Below, one piece after another: positions 1-13,700 of a DNA stretch of 64,000 nucleotides. Below the pieces are notes generated by a model, which saw nothing but the letters and a program-made list of their open reading frames with translations, was not told where the DNA came from and searched no databases. Within the stretch, counting starts at the first letter, position 1. Each line of letters opens with the position of its first letter. The position numbers and the translations under genes were made by a program. Source of the DNA: Candidatus Bathyarchaeota archaeon (GTDB lineage: Archaea > Thermoproteota > Bathyarchaeia > Bathyarchaeales > Bathycorpusculaceae); assembly GCA_963806535.1 (NCBI GenBank), contig CAWDYC010000003.1, positions 128,001-192,000 of the forward strand. The letters are read 5' to 3'.

Positions 1-1136
1 TGAATCAAGCATTTCTTCTGCTTTAGCTCGACCGTTTTCAGCTCCAACCATTTCAAAAAGCATGCCTGCAAGACTAACTGCTTTGTCTCGCAGATCAGAG
101 AGGGCCACCGCCCATAAGAGTTGTCAACGCTTCAGCGGCTTCAAGGGCAGGTCCGATACTGCAGACCTAACGGTTGATCACCAAAAGTCAGGGCGCACTG
201 AATGTTTAAGCCTAAACGTTTGCCCAAATCCACGAAGTCCGAAGCCAAAGTGTATGCTTCGGTTCGGGTCTTGATTTTAGCTCCCATGCCCGTTGGAATG
301 TCGATTGCAACGTGTGTGGCTCCTATGGCTTTTTTCTTGCTAAGAATCGACGGCAAAAGCATTGGGTCAATTCCCAAGGGGTACTCAACTTGAATGAAAA
401 GATCATCGGCTGGCGCAAGTTCCAAAGAGCCACCCCAAACAAGACATCCATTGGTTTTTGCAACAACATCCTTAATCTCGTCAATAGCTAAGTTCACTGG
501 GCAAAGCGTTTCCACTCTGTCAGCAGTTCCAGCTGGAGAAGTGATGGCTCGAGAAGAAGTTTTGGGTATGGTGAATCCAGCAGCCGCCACAATGGGTACC
601 ACAAGCATTGAAGTTTTGTCTCCAGGTATACCGCCAACGCTGTGCTTGTCTAAAATCGGTCCTTCACCGAAACTGAGTGTTTTTCCCGTTGCAACCATAG
701 CTCTCGACAAGGACTCATTCTCAGCCGTGCTTAAACCATGAATGCTGAGTGCAGTCAGGAAAGCAGCGATTTCAACTGTGCTCAGATGCCTCTCGACAAC
801 GTCATTAACAATAGTTACTATATCTTTGTCACGCAGCCGCTCGCCACGCAGCTTAGCCCTGACATTAAATAATGATTCTGGAAGCGGAGCCAACTGCACA
901 TCGACGGTCTCATCCTCTTTTACTCCAAGTGCCAACGCAGTTTCATCATAGAGGCCAATGCGGTTTTCGGGAAAATGCGCTGCTGTATTCGCAATGGCAA
1001 TCATCTGCTGATTCCCAGATGTTATTCGTATTCTATCTGAACTGTGTACTCCAAGGAGGCTGGCACTTTCTTCACTCAATATGGCTATTCTGCTTCCGCC
1101 AGTAGAAATCATAAGAATTTCAACATTAAGCCGCAT
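1..1136 (-). CDS. deoA: AMP phosphorylase (thymidine phosphorylase family), frameshifted near 165 and running off the window
   Basis: DKHSVGGIPGDKTS and KTSSRAITSPAGTAD motifs plus the N-terminal extension typical of archaeal AMP phosphorylase; next to RuBisCO and R15P isomerase. Confidence 0.93.
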
Positions 1137-1463
1137 CCAAGATCACTCAATAATTGATTAGTGCAGGAATAGTTAAAGATTTAAAACACATGTATTCCAA
1201 TTTTAATTCATATTTATTGCAACCTGAGTCATATTATGAGATAGAAGTTTTGAAAATAAACTCACGCTAAAATAATGCTGAAAAGCATTCTTGAAGAAGC
1301 AAAAAGCTGAATCAAATTGCAACCTCTTGGCGCTATCATAATTATGGGTCTTCTAATGTTTTTAGCGGGCAGTGGCAGCTGAAATTTTCGAAGATTAATA
1401 AAACACACTTAAATTTCATTTCTGCTTTTCTTAAAATAATTCACTGTTTTATTCTGATGCGTG

Positions 1464-1694
1464 TCATCTTTTACCAATAATAATTAGTCCTATTCCCAAC
1501 AATTGAATCGATATGCCCATTCCTATTATGCATAAGGCATTTAGGAAATCGTTAGCGCCAAACTCTACTCCTTGTGCCACTTCACTTTGACCGCCCACAA
1601 GCGAAACAAGAAGACCAATCAATACAGCAGCTACTCCTAAAGCTGTCAATACAATTGCTGTCGGGTTTTTTCCATCTGACATGACAACACACAC
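1464..1694 (-). CDS. Small two-helix membrane protein, hypothetical
   Basis: 76-aa ORF with two hydrophobic segments. Confidence 0.5.
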   Translation of the reverse strand: MCVVMSDGKNPTAIVLTALGVAAVLIGLLVSLVGGQSEVAQGVEFGANDFLNALCIIGMGISIQLLGIGLIIIGKR

Positions 1695-2162
1695 ACCAAT
1701 GGCTATTTATCGCTAATTAGTTAAAAAATTTTTGTATTTATAATGAGACTGACAAAATATTTTTTGTTTCATACCAGACAGGGGCTTTCTGAATTTGTTA
1801 ATTAACATTAAACCACCGCTTAATAGTGCAAATCCTATTGCAAAGTCAAGGTTCAGCTGAAGGTCACTAAAAGTATAACTAAACGCAAAGAGGTCACTTA
1901 GCACTGAAAAAAATGCGTCACCGAAAGAAAAAAAGATTAATCCAAAAAACCCTAACCTGTCTTAGCATTCTTTTTTATGTTCAAAAATATCGGCAGTTTC
2001 TAAGCATAAAATTTTGTTTACAAAATTATTGGCAATTGTTGAGAATCAGCCAAACTTTTCTGCGTACTCAATAAAGTTCTGAAAGTCGTTGAAGTCGGTT
2101 TCGAAAATGATAGTTAAGATTTTAAGCGAAAACCAGTACCACTATCACTGGGATGAACTGGT

Positions 2163-3389
2163 TTGAAGTATCTTGATTTTGTTGACTCAAATTACAAACC
2201 AAAAGAAACTGATTTAATCTGTACTTTTTACTTGGAGCCCGAGGGTATCAGCCTCAAGGAAGCTGCTGGAGCCATCGCCGCAGAAAGCTCAGTTGGCACT
2301 TGGACTGAACTCTCGACGGAAAAACCATACGTGACGCACTTGGCAGCCCATGTTTTTAGCATCGAAGGCAATGTAGCTAAGAATCGCTTACCCCATTGAA
2401 CTCTTTGAACCAGCCAACATGCCAAACATATTGAGCAGCGTTGCAGGAAACGTCTTCGGGCTAAAAGCGCTCAAAAACCTTCGACTCCTCGACATCCAAA
2501 TGCCCAAAACGTTAATTAGCAGTTTCAAAGGTCCTGCTTTTGGCATAGCTGGAGTACGCAAACTTCTAAAAGTTCCAGAGCGTCCCCTTGTCGGCACAAT
2601 AATCAAGCCAAAACTCGGATTAAACACCAAAGACCATGCAAAAGTAGCGTATGACGCATGGAGCGGCGGCTGCGACATCGTAAAAGACGACGAAAACCTA
2701 AGCAGCCAAAAATTCAATCCCTTCGAAGAACGCTTAGCACAAACATTGGAGAGTCGCGACAAAGCGCAAGAGGAAACGGGTGAACGCAAAGTCTACATGA
2801 TAAACATAACCGCTGAAACCAACTTGATGATAAAACGGGCGGAGAGTGTTCTTGCGCAAGGCGGAGAATATGTTATGGTGGATATTTTGACTTGCGGCTG
2901 GTCTGCCCTCCAAACGCTGAGAGAACAAAATTTCAAGTTAGTTATTCATGCTCACAGGGCAGGGCATGCAGCTTTCACCAAAAACCAAAACATGGCATAG
3001 CCATGCGTCCAATAGCAACGGTGGCAAGAATAATCGGTGTTGACCAACTTCACGTAGGCACGGTTGTTGGCAAAATGTCTGAAACCAAATCTGAAGTCCT
3101 CGAAAACATCGATAGCATGTAAAGCTAAAATGGGCGGATTGAAAGCCTGTTTTGCCTGTTGCTTCAGGCGGTCTTGCATCCCAGATTGGTGCCTGCTTTG
3201 CTGGAAACATTCGGCAACGATGTTGTCCTGCAAGCTGGCGGCGGAATCCACGGGCATCCTGATGGAACAGTGAAGGGCGCAAAAGCCATGCGGCAAGCAG
3301 TTGATGCAACGCTAGAAAGGAAAACACTCGACGAATACGCTAAAACACATAAGGAACTGAAAGCAGCATTGGCGCAATGGAAAACCTAA
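2163..3389 (+). CDS. rbcL: Form III ribulose-1,5-bisphosphate carboxylase (frameshifted)
   Basis: AAESSVGTWT, GTIIKPKLGL, DIVKDDE, HAHRAGHAA, DQLHVGTVVGK and QAGGGIHGHP motifs across ORFs 2163-2399, 2419-3000, 2892-3122 and 3159-3389. Confidence 0.95.
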
Positions 3390-4325
3390 GTTGGCTTGAA
3401 CACCCACGGGTAGCTTCTGTTTACTGTTTCAACTATTGATTGAGGTGCAATTACTCCTTCTTCACAGACTAATCCCGTTGATGTAGCGGTTTGGGGTGAC
3501 GTCAAAAGCTGGATTACGAACGGAAAGTTTTGCTGGTGCCTCGCTCCAAACCTCGCTGGGATTTCGATGTTCAATCCCTTCATATGCTCCGTAGAGTGTT
3601 TCTGGGTCGAATTTGAGCAATTCCGAAACTACATAGAACGGTTTTCGTGCTTCATTGGCTAAGACGGCTATGCTGCTGGTGCCAATCTTGTTGACTACGT
3701 TACCTTCCGAAGTTATTGCATCTGCTCCGACAACAACAAGGTCAACATCTCCCATGTAGGACCGCGCAGCTGAATCAACAATAAACATGGTTTGAATGTC
3801 AAGATCAACCATTTCCCGAGCAGTTATCCTTCCTTGGAAGGCAGGTCTTGTTTCAGTGCAAATAACGGTAAAGTTTTTGCCGTCAGCTTTCGCTTTGGCA
3901 AGCATGACGGGTTACTGTTGATGAATGGCAATGAGTAAAAACGAGCATGCCATCTCGGATTCGTTTGGCACCTATTTCTGCTGTGCGTTCCCTTGAAGCC
4001 TCAAGATTCTGCAAAAACAAGCTTACGTTTGAAGAAACCATTTGGGCTTAGCACTTCAACTTTTTCGGTGCTGCTGTCTTGGGCTTGAGTGATTATCCAT
4101 CGTACTAGCGTTTCTCATTAGCGGCTCAGTTTCTCTCGACGCAAAAAGCATGGCTTGGGCTTCTTTAAGTTCCTTTAAGAATGCTGTTTTGTTTTTGGCT
4201 TTTGTTTGCTCTGCCAAAGTTTGCAGGGCTTTTATGGCGGCTATTGCAACATTTCTTGCTCCTTGAACTTCCAGTTTTTTGATTCGTTCAACTGTGCCGC
4301 GAACGGTTTCAGCCATAACATTCAA
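3386..4325 (-). CDS. Ribose-1,5-bisphosphate isomerase (eIF-2B-like), frameshifted
   Basis: EVQGARNVA, RETEP, ETRPAFQG, VGADAI, NKIGT and NPAFDVTP motifs. Confidence 0.92.
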
Positions 4326-4412
4326 CCCTTAAATCCTAAATATTTCTGATTGATAATTTATTCCTTGGAGAAGCATATAAGCCAATTCATAACAACTTGT
4401 TAAGGGAGCGTT

Positions 4413-5553
4413 ATGCTGCCAGAAGAAGATAGCATCAACACTATTCTAAAACCATTCATCGGTCCATGGTACGAGTCTCTTGAGAATCCACAGAAAGCAC
4501 AAGAGCAATTGCTCACTGATTTAATCAGCAAGTACGCTCTCACTGATTATGGACTCAGCCATAACGCCTCACAAGTGAAAAGCATCTCGGATTACCAAAA
4601 GAATTTTCCCATCATTAACTATTCTGGACTTATCCCTTATCTCAATCAAATCAGGGAAGGCAACTTTAAGGCGATTTTGCCTGAACCCGCAGAATGCTGG
4701 GTTATGACTCGAGGCTCGACAGGAAAATCAAAAGTTCTTCCAGCAACTCAAACGCATCTAAAACAAATCTTTTCTTGTGGCGCTAGAGCAATAGTGAATT
4801 TTGCGATACAGAAAAAAAGCTATCAAGGTTTTCATGGGTTCAATCCTTAATCTAAACTTTCCTTCAAACGTTCACACCATGGACGTTAACGGTAAAGAAG
4901 TCACTTATGGTTACAGTTCTGGAACTTATGCTCGCCTTAACCCTATGTTCGACAGGGTTAGCTTGCTGCCCAGACAAGAAGAAATAGATGCATTAGGCGC
5001 TGAACTTAGGCGGCAAGACTGGAAGAAACGTTTTGAACTTGTTTACCAACGGCTTAAACAAAGATGTAACAGCCACGATGGGTGTGACTCCTGTAATTCT
5101 GGCTTTCGCCCAGATACGTCAAGCGAAAGCATGGAAAAAAGCCAGCTGACTTATGGAAACCTCAAGCTCTCTTCTGCACAAGCGTACGCAAAATACACTA
5201 TAAGTGGGGTCCAATATTGAAAGCAGTACTTTGGCGATGTGCCAGTTGTGGAAATGTACACTGCTACAGAAGGTGTTTTTGGTCAGCAACTTGATGATTT
5301 ACCTTACATAACGCCAAATTATGATTCATACTTTTTTGAGGTTGCAACTGGCAAAGGCGTAAAAATGCTGCATGAACTTAAACGTGGCGAATGGGGGCGA
5401 CTCTTAATTTCTTCCTGCATGTTTCCCAGATATGACATCGGCGATTTAGTGGAAGCAGCTGGCAAAAACTATTATCGCGTGTTTGGACGCAACAATGCAT
5501 TAACTCTTTTGGAGCACAGGCTTTACCGAATGTTCTTGGGACGGCTAATTTGA
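4413..5553 (+). CDS. GH3 auxin-responsive family acyl-adenylate ligase, frameshifted
   Basis: TRGSTGKSK P-loop-like motif, YTATEG and RYDIGDLV motifs across three ORFs. Confidence 0.8.
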
Positions 5554-5929
5554 CTTAGTTGCTGGAAACCGTTTCCGTATTGTGATTGCCACGTAGATTG
5601 CGGCAATTATGATGATGACTCCGATTATAAGAAGCATAGCTGCTAAGTCCTGAGACGAATTTGAAGGGTGTGTTAAATCAAGTAAAGCAAATACGGCTAT
5701 AGTGATAAGTATTGAACCGCCGACTAGGTAGCCGACAAAGCCATATTCACTTTTTTCATGCTTTTCGACTTTTTCAGGATTTTGATTTTTCTCTTGTTTC
5801 TCATTTTGGTTCGGTTGAGCAGACTGGCGCTTGGCTAGGTGTTGCGGCACCCTTCAACGATGTTCCACAGTGTGGACAAAAAACCATTGTTTCTTCCACT
5901 TTGTTGCCGCATTTCGGACAATAAGACAT
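5545..5929 (-). CDS. Zinc-ribbon domain membrane protein, frameshifted
   Basis: N-terminus MSYCPKCGNKVEETMVFCPHCG read from the sequence, followed by two TM helices in ORF 5545-5850. Confidence 0.75.
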
Positions 5930-5977
5930 TATGCTAGTCTCCTTTTCCTATGGATTAGATCTCTGAGTATTTAAAAT

Positions 5978-6552
5978 ATGGCGCTTTCTCGATCAGAGAG
6001 AAAGATATATGTGGATACAGTCCATACACGAACGAGGGAGAGAGACTTGATTAAGGATTCAAGTACCCACGGGTTAACCGATAAAAGAAAAGAAAGTTTG
6101 GTAACTTACGTTTATGTGGGCGCCATATTTATCATCCTTGCTTTAGTTTTTGTCCTTAATACTGGCATTTCGGGTAGAATCGTTAACTTTTTTTCTTCAT
6201 TAACTCTTGCTCAAGTTCCAGGAACCAATATCGCTTTGCCTGCGCCTTCAATTCCAGCCGCTCACATACAGCTTTACGATATTGCTTTTCAATTTACAAT
6301 AAGTGTAGGCATTTTAGAAATTGTAACTTTAATGGTTAGAATTCTGCTTCACTCGCCCATTGCACAGGAAAGCTGAAACTATTCAAAACCTCGTTTTCTG
6401 GCTTGGAACAAGCTTTCTGATAGTTGACTTACTTGGTCAATATTACATTACAAACTGAATGGTTTGTGTTTTGGTCTGGAATAATTCTGATCGGAGGATT
6501 AGCTTTGGTAACTAGAGCCTTAATTATTCTTTTAGCCAAACGATACAGTTAG
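5978..6552 (+). CDS. Hypothetical multi-TM membrane protein, frameshifted
   Basis: Hydrophobic ORF 5978-6376 continues in another frame to about 6552. Confidence 0.6.
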
Positions 6553-7296
6553 TCGCTATGTTTTACTTTTAGTTTCCACCAGAGCTTCATTATTTGCTTG
6601 AACATATTCCATGAATCTTTCAAAAGATTAACTTTTGTATCCTTGCCAGTTTTCCATTCCACTGGAATCTCTTTTATTTTATAGCCTCGACGGTTTGCTC
6701 TAACCATTATTTCTGTATCCCAAAACCAATGAGTCGCTTCTACCTCGTCAAGTAACGTCAAAACTGGCTCTCGTTTGAAAGCTTTGAACCCGCATTGGTG
6801 ATCCCTAAGTTTGGAGCCGAGCATGTGGCGGACAAGAAAATTGTAAGTTTTGGAGCTTATGCTTCTGCTTAATGAGCGTTCAACTTTGCTTTCAGGCAAC
6901 ATTCTTGAACCAGTTGAAAAATCGTAGCCTTCAACGGTGATTGCTTCAACAAGGGGCTTAAGATATTTGAGGTCTGTTGACAAATCTAAATCCATGTAAA
7001 CAAAAACTTCGCCGCGGCATTGTTTAAACGCGTTGTTAAGCGCCGTTCCTCTGCCTTGACGTTTTTCGCGGTGAATATGTTTAACATACGAGAGTTTTTG
7101 TGCTAGCTCTTCAGCGCGTTCAGCGGTGCCGTCTGTGCTGCCGTCTTCTGCAATAATAATTTCATAGGAGTATCCATACTTCTTTTAGGGCTTGACTTAT
7201 TTTCGTCACAGCGGTTTCCAATTTATCGGCTTCATTATATGCTGGAAGAACAACAGAAACCATTACTTTATCTTCGGAAGCCTTTTGCTTGTCCAC
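6549..7296 (-). CDS. Glycosyltransferase family 2 (dolichyl-phosphate glycosyltransferase-like), frameshifted
   Basis: VVLPAYNEA and EDGSTDGT read upstream; MDLDL, GSR, DHQCGFKAF and WFWDTE in ORF 6549-6995. Confidence 0.88.
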
Positions 7297-7297
7297 T

Positions 7298-9073
7298 TTA
7301 GAACACCCAGCTTCCGAACCACTTCAAGCTATCGATGGTTGTAGTTGAGGCGGGAACACCTGAAATAACAGGGTAGAAAAGAACGAATAAAGCAATTGTC
7401 AACGCAAAGTAAGCTATTGCTGCGATTTTCACCCATCTGCTACTCCAGTATTTGCTTACTACAAATGCCGTGCCCAAGCAGAGAATTGGCACGTTAGAAT
7501 AGAAATGATAGATGAATACTACTCTTGTAATGAGCACGTAGGGTAACCATTGGAAAAAGAAAACCAGTAGAATAAAGATCGGCTGGCCAAGTAATTTTTC
7601 AAGCTAAATCCTTTTCTGAAAATTTTTGGAACATAGAAAACTGTTAACCCTATAATAGCGGCAAACCCTATCCACCAAACGGCAGGGTTACCCAGTACAA
7701 CAATGGTTGATTTGAGACCATTAGATAATGATGCTGATTCAAGCCAAACTGGAACATGCACTGAATTCTTTAAAGGATCAAACATTAAAGGCCAACTATA
7801 CCATGGCGAAGAGAAAGGATGCGTAGCAGTTAGGTAAAAATGATAATTGAACATTTGTCCTTGCAACCCAATGACACCGAAAAATGATCTGCCTATAAGC
7901 ATATCTGGAATGTAAGTTAAAAAGTAAATTCCTATGGCAAATAATATGAAAGCGACAATTACGGAGTATGGATGATCAAGAAGAGCATAGAATTTTCCAG
8001 ATAAATTGCTTTTTAAGTTTTTAACTTCGTAAAGCCGCATTGCTAATAGAAGAGCCAGCTCTCCTGCGAAACCATAAAGAACCAGCCACTTGCTTGAGAA
8101 GCCTAAAGCGAAAAAGAAAAACGCCAAAAACAAGCGGTATAATGCTGGTTTTCCATCCTTTGTCAACGAACATTTTTCACGTAAATGAAAAAGAACAGTT
8201 GTGAAGCCAGTGAAAAGAACACTACGTAAGTATCAGCTGTGCCCATCCGGCCCATAGTAAAATGCATAAAGTCAAACGTTAACAGAAACGCTGCTGTGAA
8301 GCCGCCAATCCATGTGCCAAACATCTTTTTGCCAAATAGGTAAATGAGCGGAATCATCAACGTGGCAAAGATGACACCCATTATTCGCCATCCGAATGGG
8401 TTAAAACCGAAAATTAAGAGGCTTGAAGCTTGAATCAGTTTTCCAAGCGGTGGATGAGTCCACTCATACGGTAACTGCGAATGCAAATACTGCTCTGCGG
8501 TTCTGACAAAGTAGATTTCGTCAAAATACGTGTTCTGCATGTAGTCTGATGGGATACTGAATCATGTTTTGTTCATCAATAAGGTTATGCAGGTTGGGGT
8601 TTCCGCTGCCGAGATCATTTATTGATTGTATTGTTACCTGATGGTTATTTTGATCTATAACTCGCTATTTCCGCGATTATTGTGTTGTAGCCGCCTGCTT
8701 GGCTAAAATTAAATTCCAAATATTGTGTAGTTTGCCCAATGCTAACTTCATGCCACTTGTAATAATCCTCTGAATATTGCGAATCAGAATAAGGCCAAGC
8801 ATCGTGGATAGTTGATGCACCAATTGCCAGGTGAACCTGAAGAAATATGTAACGTTTATTGAACCCTGCTTTAGCAGCAAAATTACAGATTTAACAGTTG
8901 GTTTGGTTGCTCAGTTTAAGGTAGAAACTTTGTCCATCTGTAAGTTGAGCCGTCGTTGTTGGCGATTGCGTTAAACCAAGATTCGCAACCGCGATGGAGA
9001 AGAAAACTATTGAAAGCAAAACAATAGTTATGATGTCTTTCTTGGTTAATTTTATGTCAAGGTTTAGGTTCAT
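7298..9073 (-). CDS. Dolichyl-phosphate-mannose-protein mannosyltransferase (PMT, GT39), frameshifted
   Basis: YFDEIYF, HPPLGKL, FGWR, HPFSSPWYSWPL, GNPAVWW and FIYHF motifs. Confidence 0.88.
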
Positions 9074-10330
9074 GCCGGCTCCTCTCCATCTCCAGTTTGA
9101 CTTGGCGTTTACAGGTTCACTTTTGAGCCATGTGCGTTTGTCCCACATTATTATTGAAGCATATGCGAGCATTAATAAATTAATAGCGCTTACCGCCACA
9201 ACAATTGGGTCGCCAGTTAAATTGGGTGCAGCATTAGGGTAAGACTTGTTAAGCCAGTAAAGAACATACGCTTCATTGATAAACAAGGTCGCCGTCAAAA
9301 CCACGTACAATGGACGAGCTTTTTTGATTAATGGAAACATTAATGCTAAAACGCTTATGGCTGGAAACAGGTATCGTTCATGAATCCTTGTTGGCAAGCA
9401 TAAAGAACGCAAAGAGAAGCATGAACGCAGAGAAAACAGCAAAGAAATCGCCTGAAACCTTAAAACGCTTATTCAAAAAGTACAAAACGAAAACGGCAAA
9501 AGCGCCAAATAATGCCCATCCCACGATGTTGAGACCTCCATCAGGTACCCATAAACCATACAACCCCCAAAGGTTGAAAGCGTTTGCCGAAGTTACAGCG
9601 TATCCGCCATATGCTCCAAAGTAAATTTTAGTCAAGAAAGTCACTGGATTACTCCATTCAAACGGAAGAATAACCAAGAAAACCGTTGCGGCAAATGCAA
9701 GCCACAGAAAATAGCAGCTTTTTCAAGCCGCCTTTCTTGTAAATCAAGAAAGCAATCAGCGGCAACAGGGCTATTCCCTGAGGCTTTGTTAGAAGTCCTA
9801 AAGCGAAGGCTACTGCGGAAAGTTCAGGTTTAGATTTAAGCGCAAGCACAAGTGACAAAACAAGAAAGAAAGTGTAAACGGCATCAAATTGACCCCATAC
9901 AGCCGCGTTATAGATTACGGCTGGATTAAAAGCGTAAAGCATAGTATGCCATAAGCGCAAGTTTGAAAGCTTGATTGTTTTCTAACAAAAAAGTAAATCA
10001 ACGCTGCAGTGGCTAAATCAAAAAGGTTAGGAACCAACTTTATCATGGTCAAAATGTTTATTGATGTTGCCTTTGCTAAAGAGCCAAAAAACCAAAAAAT
10101 GTAAACGTTAAAGGGTGGATAATCAGCGAAATCCAGCCAAGTTATAAAACGGTCTTATCCCATGTGTGAGTCGGCAGTGTTAAACCAGAAGCAAAATCTC
10201 CTGTGTCAATCGGGTACCCTTTCAGAGGAAACAAAAGAACCCTGACTAAGAAAGGAAACGAAAAGCACAATCGCTAAAATAGCAATCTCGCGTTTTGCAA
10301 ACGAGAAGTTAAACCCGTTTCCCCTCCCAT
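9070..10330 (-). CDS. GT-C membrane glycosyltransferase (GT87/ALG-like), frameshifted
   Basis: DYPP read upstream; FNPAVIYNAAVWGQFD, KPQG, ANAFNLW and HERY motifs. Confidence 0.8.
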
Positions 10331-10751
10331 CAAGCAAACAGTTGCAGTAATTGCATAAGAAGCTTTTTCCAAAATACTTGTTGACTTTTTTTTGAATTTA
10401 ATATTTTGAAAAAGCTTAGCCAGGCATACTTGAATGTAGAATAAACGTCGGCAAAAGCGAATTCGGACCTTGTGAACCTTTCAATATGTCTTCTGCGATC
10501 GAATAAGAAAATAGGTCAAACACAAACAATTGATATTATTAGACTTATGTAAACTAAAAACAGAAAAGTTTTCCTCTTTTGGGCTTAAGTATATTTAAGC
10601 TACCCTTAAAGTAAATGATATTTTTGTAAAAGATTTTTTCTAATATATGTTTGGATATTTTGCTGTCTATTTAATTAATAGCAAATGGGTAACAAGTTAG
10701 TAAATAGGTATTAAGCAAATTAGGTGAACCCCGAAAAGGAAGCGAGAGAAA

Positions 10752-13700
10752 GTGAAGCAATTAAGCAGTGGATTAATCTATGTTTGCTTTTTTTTACTCC
10801 TTTTTGCAACCATAGCTTCGCCCATGCTTTGTACAACATTCGCTTACTCGAGGGACAATAGGGAATCATCAAATAATTCAAAGGTGCCAGCTCCAACAAT
10901 TCCTCGTCCTCCTCCAATTAATTCAAATACCCTTTCAATGGGACCAAATGGGCAGCAAGTCAACGTTTATTCTACTTATACTGGTGAGCCAGCACCAATG
11001 GGAATAGCAGACTATGGTGTCGGGCAAAATGGTGCTTATCAATATAATACCAGTAGCTTTACCGGAATTATATCTATCAATTCTCTTGCAACCAAAACTT
11101 CATCAAATGATTCTTCTATGGGAATTCAATTAAACGTTAATCTTGCGTTTACTAGCAATGGAAAACAATACGTTTACTGGGTTCAAAATGTTGTATGCAT
11201 AGATACATCAACAAATACTATTGACTATTTTGAAAATAACATTTGGAATACTTCTGCACGTTCAGCTGGAATGAGCAATTCTGGCATAGTTGGAAATGGT
11301 CAAGTTTGGAAATCTCAATATTACGCCGTTGAAGCAAGTTCGTCATTGCCAGGAAGTTCGGCTGTTCTTCAGTATCCAGCCACTATTATTCTAAATGTTA
11401 CTTGCGGGATTAATTTTGGAGGACAACCAACCGTGAGTTTCTCTTATAATGATGGTTATGGATTGGAAACCTATGATACGGTGGCATTCATAACAAATTA
11501 TCCAATTACGACGTTTAGCGGTTTTGTAGTTAACGGTTACAATTATAATCCTACTGGCTATTTGTTCTATGATTCTGAGTTGATAATAGGAGGACCGGGA
11601 GACGGTGCCAATACCCAATTACTTCAGTCAAACGTGCGATTACAGTTGGAATATTGGAATGGCCAGAATTATCAATTGTTAAGAAATGCCTATAATTTTG
11701 GTAGCGACACAGCTGAAGGAATCAGCAACACACTCTCTCAATTATACTATTATTCTAGCACCGGTAGCATCTTTGCGATGATTCAGAACGGGTCGGGTTC
11801 ACTAAACAAACTTTACGATCAATCAACTATGGGCATTATTGACATTAAATCGATTTTAATATCCGGCACTTTGTACGTGACCAATGCCACTTATTCAAAC
11901 GCCGTTCCATGGCAAATTCCATTCATTAATGGAGAAGTAGCAATCACTATTGTTCCAGGTAGGTATAACCTGCAATTATACCAAAACGGAGTACTTTACT
12001 GTCAGGCAAACGCCACAGTAACTGGCGGGCAAACCATCTCTCTCCAAACAACCTCTGTGACATTGGTGCCTGCAGGGGCATCAACTGCTGTTTCCGGCAC
12101 CAATTACTTTACCGTCTCGTACACGTTAAACGGGCAACAACAATTTACCAGTGCCCAAAATAATTCCCTTGTATTAATTATTGATAGTAGTACTTCGGTT
12201 GATGTATCTGGGATTTCTTCAGGATCGAATGCAACTGAAGAATGGACCTTGGATTCATTTGGACCTTTGGGTTATTGGGATGCACTTATTCCTGCCGGAT
12301 CGAATGCCACTCTTTACTATTATGACACCCTCAGCCAGCAGGTAGCCTACACAATATCAGGCAGCGGAAACCCAGCGCCCCCAATATTAACTTACAATAC
12401 AGCTCCTGCCACACCCTCTTCACAATTGAACACCTCAATTAATGCTACCACCTTATCGGGAAATTCTCAAACAATAATGGCGTTACGAGGAACAACTGTG
12501 TCTATTACCAATAGTATTTTAGGAACTTCTCAAGACCAATGGGGTACTCCAATATCTACTTGGAACGTTTCACAAGCAAACCAAATTCCCAGTCTCTTAA
12601 CCTATTACCATCAATATCAATTCACTACGAGCTACGCGACCCCCGATAATTCAACACCCTCGTCTCCACCTTTGCTATCAGGAACACAATTTGGTTCATC
12701 TTGCCAAATGTCTCTTACTAACACACTTCTGGTAATTTGGTTAGATGAAAATACGCAATGGTCAATCTCTGATATTGTTATAGCTCCATCAGGAACTGAG
12801 CAGTGGATTCAGACCGCGGATCCCTCAACTTCTGGCACCATAACACAATCAGTTATTACTCCAAATTTGCTTTATTTCCATCAGTACTATTTGTTAGTGA
12901 CTTCTGCACAATCGAATATAGCAACTTCAGGTTCAGGATGGTATAACGCTGAAAGTACAGCTTATGCTGGCTTAGCCTCTGGAACGGCAACAGGTGGAGC
13001 AGGAACTCAATATGTATTTGATTCGTGGAGCACAGGCGGAATTAACTACCAACAAAGCAACACCATAATTATGAATGGGACAGTTACTGCTGCGGCAAAC
13101 TGGAACAAACAGTACTATTTGACTGTAAATTCGCCTTATGGGTTGTCATCGGGTTCTGGATGGTACAACAGCGGAAGTAATGCTCAAGCTGCACTATTAA
13201 CTAATATAGTAAGTGGTAATTCAGGCACCCAATACGTCTTTTCGGGTTGGACAGGCGATGCTTCAGGCTCAGACATATCTTCAAACCTCATAAGCATGAA
13301 TTCACCTAAGATTGCGATAGCTACTTGGATGACACAATATCAATTAACGCTCGAAGTAAACCCTTCAGGTTGTGGGTCAACTACTCCGACAGGCGGCAAT
13401 TTATGGGTAACTGCGGGTCCACTTTTAATAAGCACCTCGCCAAATTCAGGTTACTCGTTTTTGCAATGGACAGCTAACAGTGGCTCAATTACCTTTGCCA
13501 ACGGTAATTCCTACTCCACAACGGCAAATGTAAATGGACCAGGCATAATTACGGCGTCAATGGCGCTTACTCCCACGCCAACACCTCAACCAACTCCAAC
13601 CCCTACTCCAAGTCCCACATTAACGCCTGTTCAACATTCATCATCTTCCTCAACTTCATCATCGACAGCAACACCGACGACATCAGCTAATGTTTCTCCA

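Noticed and set aside
1845-1935. Possible sixth copy of the 10-bp-period element (gtcactaaaa, taaacgcaa, tgcgtcaccgaaa)
   Set aside because: The register is not maintained and the AACCTGCAAAC anchor is absent.
8891-9442. Fusion of the GT-C glycosyltransferase and PMT
   Set aside because: An overlapping ATGA start/stop with an upstream purine-rich SD-like site at about 9073 points to two genes.
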